Source of the DNA: Lama glama
Taxonomy: Eukaryota
Reading direction: 5' to 3'
Assembly (NCBI GenBank): GCA_028534125.1
Contig: CM052837.1
Coordinates: 37,448,001 to 37,512,000, forward strand
DNA length: 64,000 bases
Numbering within the stretch: position 1 is the first letter of the stretch; every line of letters starts with the position of its first letter. The notes below the pieces were generated by a model. That model searched no databases and was not told the origin of the DNA. It was given only the letters and a program-made list of their open reading frames with translations. Shown here in pieces: positions 1 through 11,582 of this stretch. The position numbers and the translations under genes were made by a program.

Positions 1-601
1 GGACAGCAGGCAACAGGCCTGCTCAGGCCCCTGACTCTGGCTGGGGCCACTGCACACACAGAACTGCAGGTGCCACCAACACTCATCCCTGTCCAGAAGG
101 GCGTGGGCAGTCGGCGGGCTGTGTCCCTCCCCTCATCGGGGCTGGTCTGTCCAGAGCTCAGGTCTGCTTGAGGGTCATGCTGTCTCCTCTGCCTCGCTCC
201 CTACATTTCTCTGCAGACGCTGAGCAATGATCTCTGAATTCTGCCCTCTGAGGGGAGAAGCCCCCACAGCTGCTGGCTAGGGCCTGAAGGCCTGAGGGGG
301 CCAGGTGGCTTGGAGGCCGGGTGATGGGAGCCCCAGGACAGCGGTGACCGGGAATGACTCAAGGCACCTGTCTCCTGAGAAATCCGGGCAGGGCGTCTGG
401 GAGCTGGGCCAAGTGCGGACCTGGGCAGGAGGGCCGGGGGCTCGCCAAGGGGAACCCCAACTGCCACTTCAGTGCTCCTCCTACCGCTGTGAACCCGCTT
501 CCTAGAGTGACCAGTGCTGCCTCCCTCCTCTGGGCCCAGAGAACCCCGGCCCAGGGCCTGCGAGGACTGTCCTGGACCAGCCCCGCCCGCCGCCCACTCA
601 C

Positions 602-777
602 CAGCGTGTGCCGTTTCATGTGCTCGCGCCTGGTGAACTTCTTCCCGCAGATCTCACAGGGGTAGGGCCGCTCGCCGGTGTGGGAGCGCATGTGCCTCTT
701 GAGGATGCACTGGTGCATGGCCGAGAAGCTGCAGTACGGGCATTTGAACTTCTTCCTGATCACCGCGAACTCGTTGA
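602..777 (-). CDS. ZBTB46: ZBTB46 coding exon 4 (176 nt), C2H2 zinc fingers
   Basis: Translates (L)NEFAVIRKKFKCPYCSFSAMHQCILKRHMRSHTGERPYPCEICGKKFTRREHMKRHTL, two C2H2 fingers with a TGERP linker. Acceptor ctgtcttccag| (AG at 779-778); donor CTG|gtgagt (GT at 601-600). Confidence 0.97.
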
Positions 778-3764
778 CTGGAAGACAGCAGACGGTGTTG
801 AGCCCAGCGCCATGCACCCGCCACCCCCCACAACCCACTCGGACCCCTGCCCCAGAGCCCAGTCTCCACTCGGGGCTTGGGCTTCCCTGCAGGGCTGATG
901 TCCGGAGCTGCGGGACAGGCCAGGGCCCCAGGCCAGAGGTGACGGCCCCCACTTTCTAAGAACACTTCTCAGGTCAGCCAGCATCTCCCACATCAGCCCC
1001 CAAAACACAGAGTCCACACACGGAGTCCCGGCAGGAACGCCAGCACGGACGCGGGCAGGAGCCAGCGGGGCCACCGCCCCATCCACACGTCTCACGCCCG
1101 CATGCCCGGACACCCGCGCGCCTGCGCACCCGCACGCCCGCACGTCCACAGGCTGGTGGCTTTACCCAGAGCAGAGCTGCTGCCTGGTGGACACAGCCCA
1201 GCAAGAGGCTGGCCAGCCCCAAAGGCACAGTGAGCCTCTGCCGCAGGGTGTGGGTCATCCCCACTCTCCCTCCCCTCATGAGGGGAGTTAGAAGTCGGGG
1301 TCCCCGGTGTCAGTCCTGCCATGCAAGGCCCCCCACTGGGTACAGAGGCAGCTCACCCCGAGTGACGCCACAGCCACCCCCTCTGGCGTCGGGGGCATCT
1401 GCCCTGTGCCCAGGCCCCAGGCCCCCTCACCCCAGGCTCACTGGGGTTTCTGGGAGCAGCCCAAGTACTGGGCAGCATTTCCTCCCACGGGAGAAGCCTG
1501 GGGCAGCCGTCTGGTCTCCGGCATCTGGGAGCAGCTTCCTGGCGCTCACACCGCCCACAACCTGGACGGCCACAGCGGACATCCGCCAGCTGTGCAGTGG
1601 CACCGGCGCCCAGGGGACAGACCCAGGGTCCCGACGGCCGGGCCAAAGGCAGGCTGGTGGAACCAACCCTAACCAGCAGGAGCGGGACCCTGATCAGACC
1701 CCTGCGAGCATCCAGGCACAGCAGGCTCCAGCCTCCATCACAGCCACCCCGGAGATGCCAAGAGGGAAGCAGATGAGAAAACAAAGGCCACAGTGTCACG
1801 TTGCCCACAGGAGTGGGGAGAGGCTGGGAAGCTGACCAGAAGCTGGCCCTCCTCGCTGGGGGGAGCCCGCCAGTCTGCTGCAAGAAGACCAGACAGCTTG
1901 AGAGCCCTGCACCCCGGACCCCGGGTCACACAGAGGCAGGGACCCTCACCACCATCTCCGTGAAGCGTGCCGCCTGGGCCCCCACCCATCCTGCTGCTCG
2001 GACCCCCAGCCATGGGCATGTCACCACTGAAATGGCACCAACTGGGCGGCCCAGCACAGTGACCCTGAGCACTGCGGCCTGGACGCCAGGCCCCTGCACA
2101 CATGTGAGGCTGCGCCGGCTCTGCAGCTCCATTCCTGAAACACGCCCGCTGGAGTGTGGGAAAAACACCGAGCGGAACATTTTTTCTGACTCGTTAAACA
2201 AGCTGTGCAGCCTCTCCTGAGACATCGTAAAGGGGGTCCATGCATCAAGCAACCAGATTTCTTTATCTTCCAGAACACAGGTCAGAGAGGCCATCTGGGG
2301 GTCTGCCAGGAGCCTGTCTGCTCTCCTGGACCTGAGAGCTCCTTACTCTGGGACCTCCTGCACCCCACAAATGCCAGGCCGTAGCGGGGACACACCACCC
2401 CAGGTGACCCTGTACCTGCTCAGGCCTGACCGCTGCCCCAGCTGAGGCCATCGCGGCCCCAGGACAGGGCTGTGTGGACGGCATCATAGCTGATACGTGG
2501 CGCTGCCCTGGGCCCAGCCACCCGTCCACCCCCTTCACGGTTTCCGTGCCCAAACGCCTGGGAACGGTCACCAGACACTGTCCTAAGAGGAGAGGCATTT
2601 TGGTACATGCAGGAGCGTGTGTGAGCGCGTGTGGCTGGGAGCTGGGGCGGGAGGGCTGGCGCCTCCCGGGGAAGGCACACGAAGCAGGAGATGGGGACAG
2701 TCCCCGTGTCCCATCACACACAGTAACCACGGTCCACCACGTACCATGCTGAGACCACCTTTCAAGCCATGATTTTTATCTGTAGGTTCTTAAATGTGTG
2801 AGTGTGTCATATTTGATTAGACAGAAATCCTACTGTCGAACGTGTACGTTGTCTAGGTTTTCTATCCTGTGAATGATGCTTTGTAAGGTCCCCACGGGAG
2901 AACATCTGCACTCAGAGATAGACCCTGAGTCGCGCGCCAAGCAGGCCCGTGCGCCGCTCTCTCAGCCTCCTGAGGGCACGGGGGACACAGACCACGGCCA
3001 CACTGCCAGCAGCACTGCACCCCGCAGACTCAGCCGGCGGGCCGGGGAGGCAACCAGAATGTCCAGCAGCTCTGCCATGGGTGAGGAGCCAGCCCTCCCC
3101 AGGCAGGGCTCCCATGCCCCGACGGAGGGCACCCCCAGCCGGGGGGGTCCCACGGAGGGTGCCGAGCCGGGAAGGAGGGACAGGCACCCAGCCCGGCATG
3201 TCCAGCGCGGGACCCCCTCTGGGAGCTGGGCCAGGCACCTCCTGCTCTTTGCCTCGTCCCTCGGACCACTGGGCCCACCCGGCTGCCCATCAGCGAGGCC
3301 GCACCAGTGCTGCCCGTGCGTCCCCACGGGTTCCCTCAGCATGAGACCTTGATTTTCGTGTCATCACGGAGTACAGCAAGGGTGCCACCCATTCTGGGGT
3401 GGAAAAGGAGACCAGGGAGGTGAGCTTTTAGGTTATTGTATTTAAAACAGCCTTTCTGAGAACACAGTTAGCCACTGCTTCTATTCTGCTTCTATTCACA
3501 CAGCAATTTAAACTTGAACGCTTATTCTAGCCTGTGTTTAACAACTCAGGCCTACATGTTTAAGAAAGAACTTATCTCTGTACTAAGTTGCTGGGTTTTC
3601 CCCTAGAACAACAATTCAGGGTGCACAGACCAGGGTATGATGCGCCATCAGGGACCCCCCTCCGTCCTGCGCCTCTGGGGCCACCCCGCTGCAGGTGGCC
3701 CGCTTAGGACACGCCTTCCGAACTCGCCCCATGATGATGCACTTTGCTGTTTCCTTCATGTGTT

Positions 3765-4200
3765 ATGAGTCTCTGTTGCTCATCTAACAAATACCACAAA
3801 CTGGGCAGCTTAAAGCAACAGAAGCCTATCCTCGTCCAGTCCTGGAGACCAGACGTCTGAGGTCAAGCTGTCTTGGGGCCGCGCTCCCTCCGGAGGCTCC
3901 AGTGGAGGGACCTTCCTGCCTCTTCCAGCTTCTGGGGGCTCCAGGCGTCCCTGGGCTGGTGGCCGCCTCCCTCCCGTCTCTGCCTCCGTCTCCACGTGGC
4001 TTCTCCCTGTGTCTGTGTCTCTCCTCTTCTGTCTCTTTTAAGGATATTCATCACTGGATTTAGGGCCAACTTGGATATTTCAAGATGATCTCATCTTGTG
4101 GTCCTTAATTTAATTATGTCTGTAATAGGGTCACATTCACAGGTTCCAGAAGTTAAAACATGCGTGTAATCCTCTGGGTGGGAGGCACCATGCTACCTAC
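3765..4200 (-). mobile_element. MaLR (MLT1-type) solo LTR
   Basis: Hallmark AACAAATACCACAAACTGGG..CTTAAAGCAACAGAA...TCTTCCAGCTTCTGG...CACTGGATTTAGGGCC...GGTCACATTCACAGG. Boundaries approximate. Confidence 0.85.
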
Positions 4201-4849
4201 CGTGAACAGTACCAATTCTCATGAACACTAACAAAGCCTTACAAATTCATAAAGTGAGAGAGCGATCAAAACAAATGAAAAAGCACAAATGTTAAACTGA
4301 AACACTCTCCCCAGTCTGCCCTAAAAACAGAATCCTTTTTGTCTGGAATCAAGCTTCCAGGGTGAACAGCAACCTTGATAATCAGGAAGCCAAGTGAGAG
4401 GCTGGCACTAGTGTATTCAAAACATGAAGCTCAGTCACGCTGGGGTGCAACTTTACAGAAATGCATCCGCAAGAACACCGCTCAGCAAAGCCAGCCCAGA
4501 GGAAGCAGGCCTCCGCCTCGCACTGCGGGGAAGCAGGGCTGTGGTAAACGTCGCTGGCCAGTGACGTCCCAGAGCAACTTCATGATCACACCGAGGACTC
4601 CAGAAAAGGCTAGAGGACCAAAGGCGGGCGCAGGCTGCCAGTGAGCACAGGGGGCTCTGCAGGAGGGCATGCGAGCCTTTCAGCCGTAACAGTCCTGGAT
4701 TTTTATTCTTCCTCTGATTGTAATTTCTCAAGATGCTGCACTTCAAGTGCATTTCAGAAATGGACTCAAACACGGACTTTTGCTTTTTCGTTTATAAACT
4801 TACAAGGCTACCGCTTTGTTTTGTTAGAATATAGTAAAGCTACGATGAG

Positions 4850-7800
4850 TCCTGATTATTTTAAGGAGGTTTTTAACCTTACGTGAAGCGCACAAGCTTC
4901 AGGTGTGCAGCTCAGTGAGTTTTTACTCTCACACGGACCCAGGGAACCACCATCTGAATGGGACACGTGGCACCCCTTGCGCCCCGAGGCTGGTCGATGG
5001 CCGCCCTGCCCTCCATCACCAGATGCTGGCTCTGCGGCTCGGCCGGGGGTCCCGACCGCTGGCTGCAGCGTGGCTGGCTCGGCACAGAGGCGGCCTGGGC
5101 TTGCTGGCTGCCGGGGGGTCTTCCACGTGCCCAAGGACCACGTGCACGTTCTGCAGCTGACGTGCACAGCGGGCCTCAGGCGGCTCTTGCGTGTCTTTTG
5201 GGGGACCAGGTTCTCCCTTCTGTTGGATGTGTGCCTGAGAGAGGACTCTATGGGCTCCACAGACACAGCCAAGGAGGCTTTTCATGGTGGCTGCACCAAA
5301 GTACGTTCCCACTGGCCATGCACGAGCCTGTTCCAGTCGGTCGTGGGCAGGAGTGCGGAGGGGCTGAGACCTGGCTTTCATCAGCATCTCCTGGCCCCTA
5401 GTGACCCCGAGCCCTGGGTCACTTGGACACCCTCTTCAGTGAAGTGCTTGTCCAAGCTTCTGATCATCTGAGCTGCTGAGCCTTTGAACTTTTCAGTTCT
5501 ATGCATGCTTCTGAATATTCAGATGCGTTTACTGCAGATGCTCCAGACTGTGAGTGGCCCTTTCACTCTCATGATGGCGTCTCTCAGCGCAGAAACTAAC
5601 CACTGTGATGACCTCGTTCGTCAGACTGCTCTCGTCAGTGCTTCTGGGGAGCTGCCTCGGGAAAGTCTGCCTGTCCCCATGACTGCAGAGACCTAGGGAG
5701 CTTCTGGAAGACGCTTTCCTTCTACGTTTAGGGTCATGAGCAACACTGTCTTACTCCCGTCTGTACTCTGGGGCTTAGACAGCTGGGGCCCCGGAGGGGC
5801 TGCCCTCCCCAGGGCACTTCCCGGAGACGGTAAATAGCCTGCCCCGGGGCATAACATACAGACCAGCCTCCTCCACCTGCTCCCACTCCGGATCATGGCT
5901 CCGGCCCGTCTCCCTGAGGCCAGACAAGCATAATGACACTTTCTCATACCTTTTATTGACAATCAGCACTTCCCCCTCTGGCTACTGGTCACCGTGGCAA
6001 CAGCTGGCTCTACTGACCGTCCGCCATGGCAGCCACCGCCCCCGGCGACCGGCTGTGTTCATCCTTCCTGCCGCACGTCCACTTCCTGTCTCACTGGTGT
6101 TTGCTCCCTCTCTCCTCCTGCTTCCTTGGGGCTAATCTGCTACTCTTCTCCTCACTTCCTGACCATCCCCCAGCTGGAACCTTCCCTCTTTTCTGGAAAG
6201 TGCAAGTAGGACTGTAGATGTCCCTTAAACACACTGCAGCTGGGTCCTCCGCGTTTTGACGTGTTGTGTTTCTATCATCACCTGGTTCACAGTCTTCCAG
6301 TGTCCACTGTGACCTGCTCTGGCGTTGACTGCTGTTGATTTTTAAAAGCTAGTTTCACTGAGGTCGGAGACCACGCTCTGACTCCATCCTTTGGGGTTTG
6401 CTGAGACCTGGGTCATATTCCCGTTCAGTCTACCTGGTAAATACTTCACGTGCATTTGGACTATTCGACACTCGTTCGGTGCAAACCGTTTACTTGTGTT
6501 GTGACAGGGAGACACTTCTCCAGAACAGAGACGCAAAACTCCTGAACAAAACAGCAGCGGAGCCGACCACACAGGGAAAGGACAGCCCTCGTGACCCAGT
6601 GGGGTTATTCCAGGAATTCGGGGTTAGTATCTGAAAACTGCCCAAACCTCCTGCAGCCGCACTGAGCCTGTCGCGGTTCTGAGCCCGAGCGTCCAGCAGG
6701 TGAGTCTCCCGCTGAACTGATCCTCGCCACGTGAGGTCCTCGCGACATCAGGGACTCTTTTTAGGCTAGTGTTTCCTTGGTTTCTCTTGTTTATTTTACT
6801 TTTGGTGGGGGAGGTAATTAGTGTTACTTTTTGTTTCCTGAAGGAGGCGCTGGGGACTGCACCCTGGGCCTTGTCGTGCTGCGCACGCGCCCCACCACGG
6901 AGCTACACCCATCACCTTGGTTTCTCTTCTTCACCTTTTTCCTTTCAGCCTTTCTGTGTTCTTATCTATGAAGCTTGTTACCTACAAACAACAGATTTTC
7001 CTTGAAAAACAAGCTGACAGTCTTTTCTTTTTCGTGCACGTTCAGCAGATTTGCAACAAAGGGGCTGTTGGTGTAGCTGGGCGACCGTGTCGCTGTGTGT
7101 TTTCTGTTTGTCCTTTTGTGGGTTTGGGGCCTTTAACCCTCCTTGCTTGCCTTCTTTCAAATTGATCAAGTATTGCTCCATTTTTCTGCTCATAAGCCTT
7201 TGAACTGCGCGTGATTTTTGTTGCCATTCATTGTGACTTTGCGAAGAAGCAAGAACCATCCAACCGCCAGGCTTGCTCACCTCTCCCGTCCTCTGAGCTG
7301 CAAGTATCGTGCGTACGCTCCTGTTTGTGTCAAAGAACCATAAGTGTTGCTTTAAACGATCAAGATGTTTTCCAGCGAGGGCCGTGTTTAGTACTTCTTG
7401 TCAGCTGGCAGTGAACCCCTCAGTTTGTTTGCTGGTGTGACGCTGTCTTCTCGCAGCCTTGGTCTGTGCACGCTCCTGGGGGGCGTGGGGCCCGGCGTTT
7501 CCGCAGCCCCCGGGGGCGCCCCGCTGCGGCCCAGCTCCCGGGCTTCTGCCGGCAGTCAGACCGCCATCTTGGTGCTTTTCCTCTTCCCGGCCTTCCGCTC
7601 GGCTGCTTCTGCAGTTCTTGTTTTTGTCTGGTTTTCAGCCTGGTTCTGGGGCTGCTCTGCCCTGCTCTTCCTCCTGCTCGGGGGTCACTGGGCTTCCTGA
7701 GCGTGTGCATCGGCGTCTCCCATCGTTTTGGACAGTTCTCAGCTGCTGTCTCTCCAGATGCTGCTTCTGCTCCAATTTCCCTCTTCTGGACCTGCGGCCA

Positions 7801-8050
7801 CACGCGTGTCGGACGTTTCCAGTTCCCACGTGTGCCTTCTCCTTCTCCGAGCTTCGGCCTGGACCCTCTGTCTTCCAGCCGCTCGCCCTCTGCTGGCGGT
7901 GCCCAGGCTGCTGCTGAACTGCCTCGTGGGTCCTCAGCGTCACACAGGTGTGTTCAGTCCCAGCAGGCTCACTGGGCTCTTTCTTACAGCCCAGTTCTCT
8001 TGAAAGCCTCCCCCTTAACCTCTCTTTCGCCACCTCCTTGAATGTGGTGT
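4850..8050 (-). mobile_element. Ancient, highly degraded L1 remnants (interrupted by the SINE at 6.8 kb)
   Basis: T-rich plus strand with L1M 3'-end motifs (GTGTGCAGCTCAGTGAGTTTT...) and scattered L1-like blocks. Subfamily and boundaries uncertain. Confidence 0.45.
6789..6914 (-). mobile_element. tRNA-derived SINE (camelid Vic-1-like), diverged
   Basis: Reverse complement shows a GTAGCTCCGTGG A-box-like head and a TAATTACCTCCCCC/A-rich tail. Flanked by a 14-bp TSD CCTTGGTTTCTCTT (6775-6788 and 6915-6928). Confidence 0.85.
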
Positions 8051-8500
8051 AGACATCTCCCGGGAGTGGCCCCTGGGAGTGGCCCCTCTGGGGTCTCAGC
8101 CGGAGGCCTGGGGTGCATCGCCGGGCCCCTCGGCCGGCCCGGGCTCGAACCCCGCTCAGTGCCCAGTGCCGCACGGTGGCGTTCATCTCTGCTCCTTGGG
8201 CTTCTTCCTGCAGGACCCTGGCTCTGTGGGCGTCCCAGGAGTCGAGGGGCTTGTCTGCAGACTTGGGGGCTGCTTCTCTGTGGCTTCTTGCTTTTTGAGA
8301 TTTTCCCCCTAGGCCCAGACCCCCTGGCTGCCCCAAAGGACACTTCCCACGCTGCCCTCTGCTCAGCCTCTGTTCCCTGCACCAGCGTTTGGGGAGTGTG
8401 CTGGAGAAAAATCCAGGAGCATGTACAGCTGATCTGTCCTCACCCTGCTCCCAAGGGCTCAGCCTCCAAGTCCCACCTGCACCGCTGTGTGCCAGGATGG

Positions 8501-8612
8501 GTGTGTGCATGTGTATACATGCGTGAGCGTGCATATGCATGCATGCGCATATATGCACTGTATGTGTGTGTGTATATGTACTGTGTGGGTGTGTGTATGT
8601 GTGTCTGTGTGT
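8501..8612. repeat. Degenerate (TG/CA/TA/GC) alternating purine-pyrimidine microsatellite
   Basis: GTGTGTGCATGTGTATACATGCGTG...GCATATGCATGCATGCGCATATATGCAC...GTGTGTGT. Confidence 0.9.
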
Positions 8613-9369
8613 GGGGTTTGGGGGGCCAGTGTCTGAAATAGTTTTTGCCTGGAGGGTAAACCCAATACAAGCTAGTCATGGTTGAAACTGGAAATTCACA
8701 GTTTTTTTTTTCAGGACGTTTTCTTTAAAATAAATTAATGCCCTTCCGTCAGCACCTCAGTTACGTGCAACCACCGCGCTGACAACGGTCCAGACTGGGC
8801 TGTTATACACTTAGAGTGTGCGCTGCATAGTAAGCCAGCATCCCCGGGCAAGAAACCCTCACTTCTATACACACATGCCCGACCACGTGCGGCTGGAACC
8901 CGAGTTTCTGAGGCCACCCACTCACATGTTGAGAATATGGTAAATATGGCAAGACGCCTAAACGAATCTGTAGACATGGAGAAAGATTTGCAGCAGTCAA
9001 CAGATCTCAATAACCAACCATTTATTACTGCAACCCTCTGTGCTCAAGAAAGGGCAATGTTATGTATGGATGCATTTTTAAAAACTCTTTGAAATCCATT
9101 CCTGAGCCACAATATTTCAGTGAGAAATTCGATTAAATATGAGCAATGCAATACCTCGATGAACTTGCTGAGAACCTTCCGCTGGATGACTGGACACACT
9201 TAAGGGAAGTGACATCAGATGTGAGAGTGAGCGCGGGTGGCCATCCAGGCCGACACGCCTCTCACCTCCCTTCCCCATGGACCACAAACTTCTTTCTTTC
9301 TTTTTCTAGGAGCAATTATCTATCTGTCTATTTTAAAAAGAAATTCAACTTGTTTAAACTAAAAGAACA

Positions 9370-9690
9370 CCAAAACATTTCACTTATTTCCCCCACTTCT
9401 GGAAATCACCGAACTCCCTCCACTGTACCTACGAGCTTGTGTGTGCGTGTTTCAGATTCACGTACAGGTCACATCACGTGGTATTTGTCGTCCTCTGTCT
9501 GACTTGTTTCACTGCGCACGATGCCCCACGGCCCCCGTGCACTCGTCTTGTCACACGTGGCAGGATGTCATTCTTTTTTATGACTAATATTCCACTGCAA
9601 CTGAGTGGTGTGTGTATATAAGCGATTTTCTTTATCCATTCATATCTTGGCTTTTGTAAATAATGCTGCGATGAGCAAATCTATTTCTTT
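9370..9690 (-). mobile_element. L1 3' region fragment
   Basis: TCAGATTC...GGTATTTGTC.TCCTCTGTCTGACTTGTTTCACT...TTTTTTATGACTAATATTCCA...TTTATCCATTCAT. Confidence 0.75.
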
Positions 9691-10050
9691 TAGGCATGAT
9701 GGAAACTTTCTGAAATTTCTTACTTGTTTTTAAAAACTAACATAGCCCTTCTGCACAGCAGCGCAGGGCCTCTCCATGAGCTGGCCTGCTTGTGGGCCCC
9801 AGCCGTGCCACGCCCACCCAGGGAAAGCCCCTCAGGGAACCGAGACAGGGAAGCGGCCTGGGCTCTGCGCAGCCACCCTGGACGCGCGCTCTCTGAGCCC
9901 TAGCAGCCCAACGGTCCTGTGGTGACCAGCGAAAGAGAAGAGGAGAGCTCCCTCTTCTCAGGAATGACGCTTATGCACAAACCGGCACTTACTGAAACCC
10001 ACGGGGAAGCGGGCCCCTTGGACATGGGCCACCCAGTGGTCCTTTAACTC

Positions 10051-10266
10051 CCAGGGACACCGCTCGGGTGGGGTCACCCTGAGCCTCTCTCAAAACCCAA
10101 CTTTTCTCTGTCCTCAGAACTCGTTTCATGACAGTAAACGATGGACGGGGCAGAGGGGCAGCCTGGCTGCACGTGGACCACGGCCTGACCACGGCCCGGC
10201 CACGGTCGGGGTGGGGATGGGCCCGCTTGCTGGACCGCAGGGAAGCACCTCTCTGCCACAAACCCA
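10051..10266 (+). repeat. Local direct duplication, copy 1 (~215 bp)
   Basis: Aligns by eye along its length with 11379-11582 (CCAGGGACACCGCT...GAGCCTCTCTCAAAACCCAACTTTTC...TCTGCCACAA). Confidence 0.95.
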
Positions 10267-11378
10267 TCCGCATGGCTCTGCCTGGGCCCTGAAGCCCACA
10301 GGGCCTCAGCTACCTGCAGACGCGGGCCATGTCTGGTGCAGGCGGACGGTAGCAAGGACAGGCACCGTTTCTGGGAAGAAGCCCAGCTTTGGTGACTAAA
10401 GGGCAGCACACGCCGAGGACACGGACACTGGGCTTCGTCCCCACATCTTTCCAGAAAGGAACAGGGTCAGAGCTGTCTGGTTCCTCGCCTCCGGGACGGG
10501 GGCACAGTGTCCTGCCCCTCCTCTCCTGCCCTGCCCCTACAAGTCGGCAACCTTGCACAATGCCGGTGACCCCAAACCTCACCGCCTGGAGGCTGGGGCT
10601 GCAGCTGCCCCACCTGCCCAAGGCTGGGCACTGAGAGGCTTTCGCTGGCCCTGGCTCACGCCGATGCCCGGGCCCGACTGCTGCAGCCCCCCCCCCGGCC
10701 CTGCCACCACCCGCTGGCCACCTGGACCTGAAGATCAGGCTGCCACAGCAGACAAGCATGTGCCAATGTCTGCCCCCGTGTGCAGAGTGCCTGTTCCAGC
10801 CTGTCTGGCCTCAAAACCACTGTCCACAGCGGAGGCGTCTGTCTCCTCGTGGCTCCTTAGCTGACTCCAGAGCGAAGCCCTGGGCAAGTCCATCCGGGCT
10901 GTGAGAGGCGCACCAGCCAAGCGGTGAGCCAGAAAGACCCCGGGCATCCTGGACGGGACGGCCCCTGGGAACCCCGGGCACTGGCTGGAGCCAACTCCAG
11001 AGGAGGCCCGTCGCTTGACCCCGGCCTCCAGGTCCAAGGGGCATCGATCTAGAAGGAGAGACAGACGAGTTACAGACTGTCGGGAGCAAAGGGACCAGGA
11101 AGACATCAGCACAGACACACATCACCCCTACTCACCGGGTCCCCGTCCAAGCCCCACAAAGATGACCAGTCACGCGTCTGGAAAGAAGCTCACAGTTAAC
11201 TCTCCAGAGCAGACACGCAAAAAACAGAACGCCAGCCCCTCCCACCAAGACCGTCCTGTTCGAAAGGAGTGCGTTTGATTTATTTCTAAATACAATTTAT
11301 GTGGTTAAGCTCTCCTGGAAGATTTTTGTTTTCTCCAGGGAAACAATCGAACCTAACAGAACTGCCTTTAAATAAACG

Positions 11379-11582
11379 CCAGGGACACCGCTAGGGCGGG
11401 GTCACCCTGAGCCTCTCTCAAAACCCAACTTTTCTGTCCTCAGATCTCATTTCATGACAGTAAACGATGGACGGGGCAGAGGGGCAGGCTGGCTGCACGT
11501 GGACCACGGCCCCAGCCACAGTCGGGGTGGGGATGGGCCCACCTGCCAGACCGCAGGGAAGCACCACTCTGCCACAAGCCCA
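11379..11582 (+). repeat. Local direct duplication, copy 2 (~205 bp)
   Basis: Same sequence as 10051-10266 with scattered substitutions and small indels. Confidence 0.95.

Noticed and set aside
1-601. Search for the last ZBTB46 exon (VHSKDKKY...)
   Set aside because: No matching codons are present; the exon lies outside the window.
359-952. 197-aa ORF as a standalone zinc-finger gene
   Set aside because: Only 602-777 is exonic; the flanks are intron read-through past clear splice sites.
7635-8641. 307-aa and 199-aa ORFs (similar cases at 13225, 25179, 43967 and 56148)
   Set aside because: No recognisable domain; they overlap degraded repeats or microsatellites and have lengths expected by chance at this GC content.
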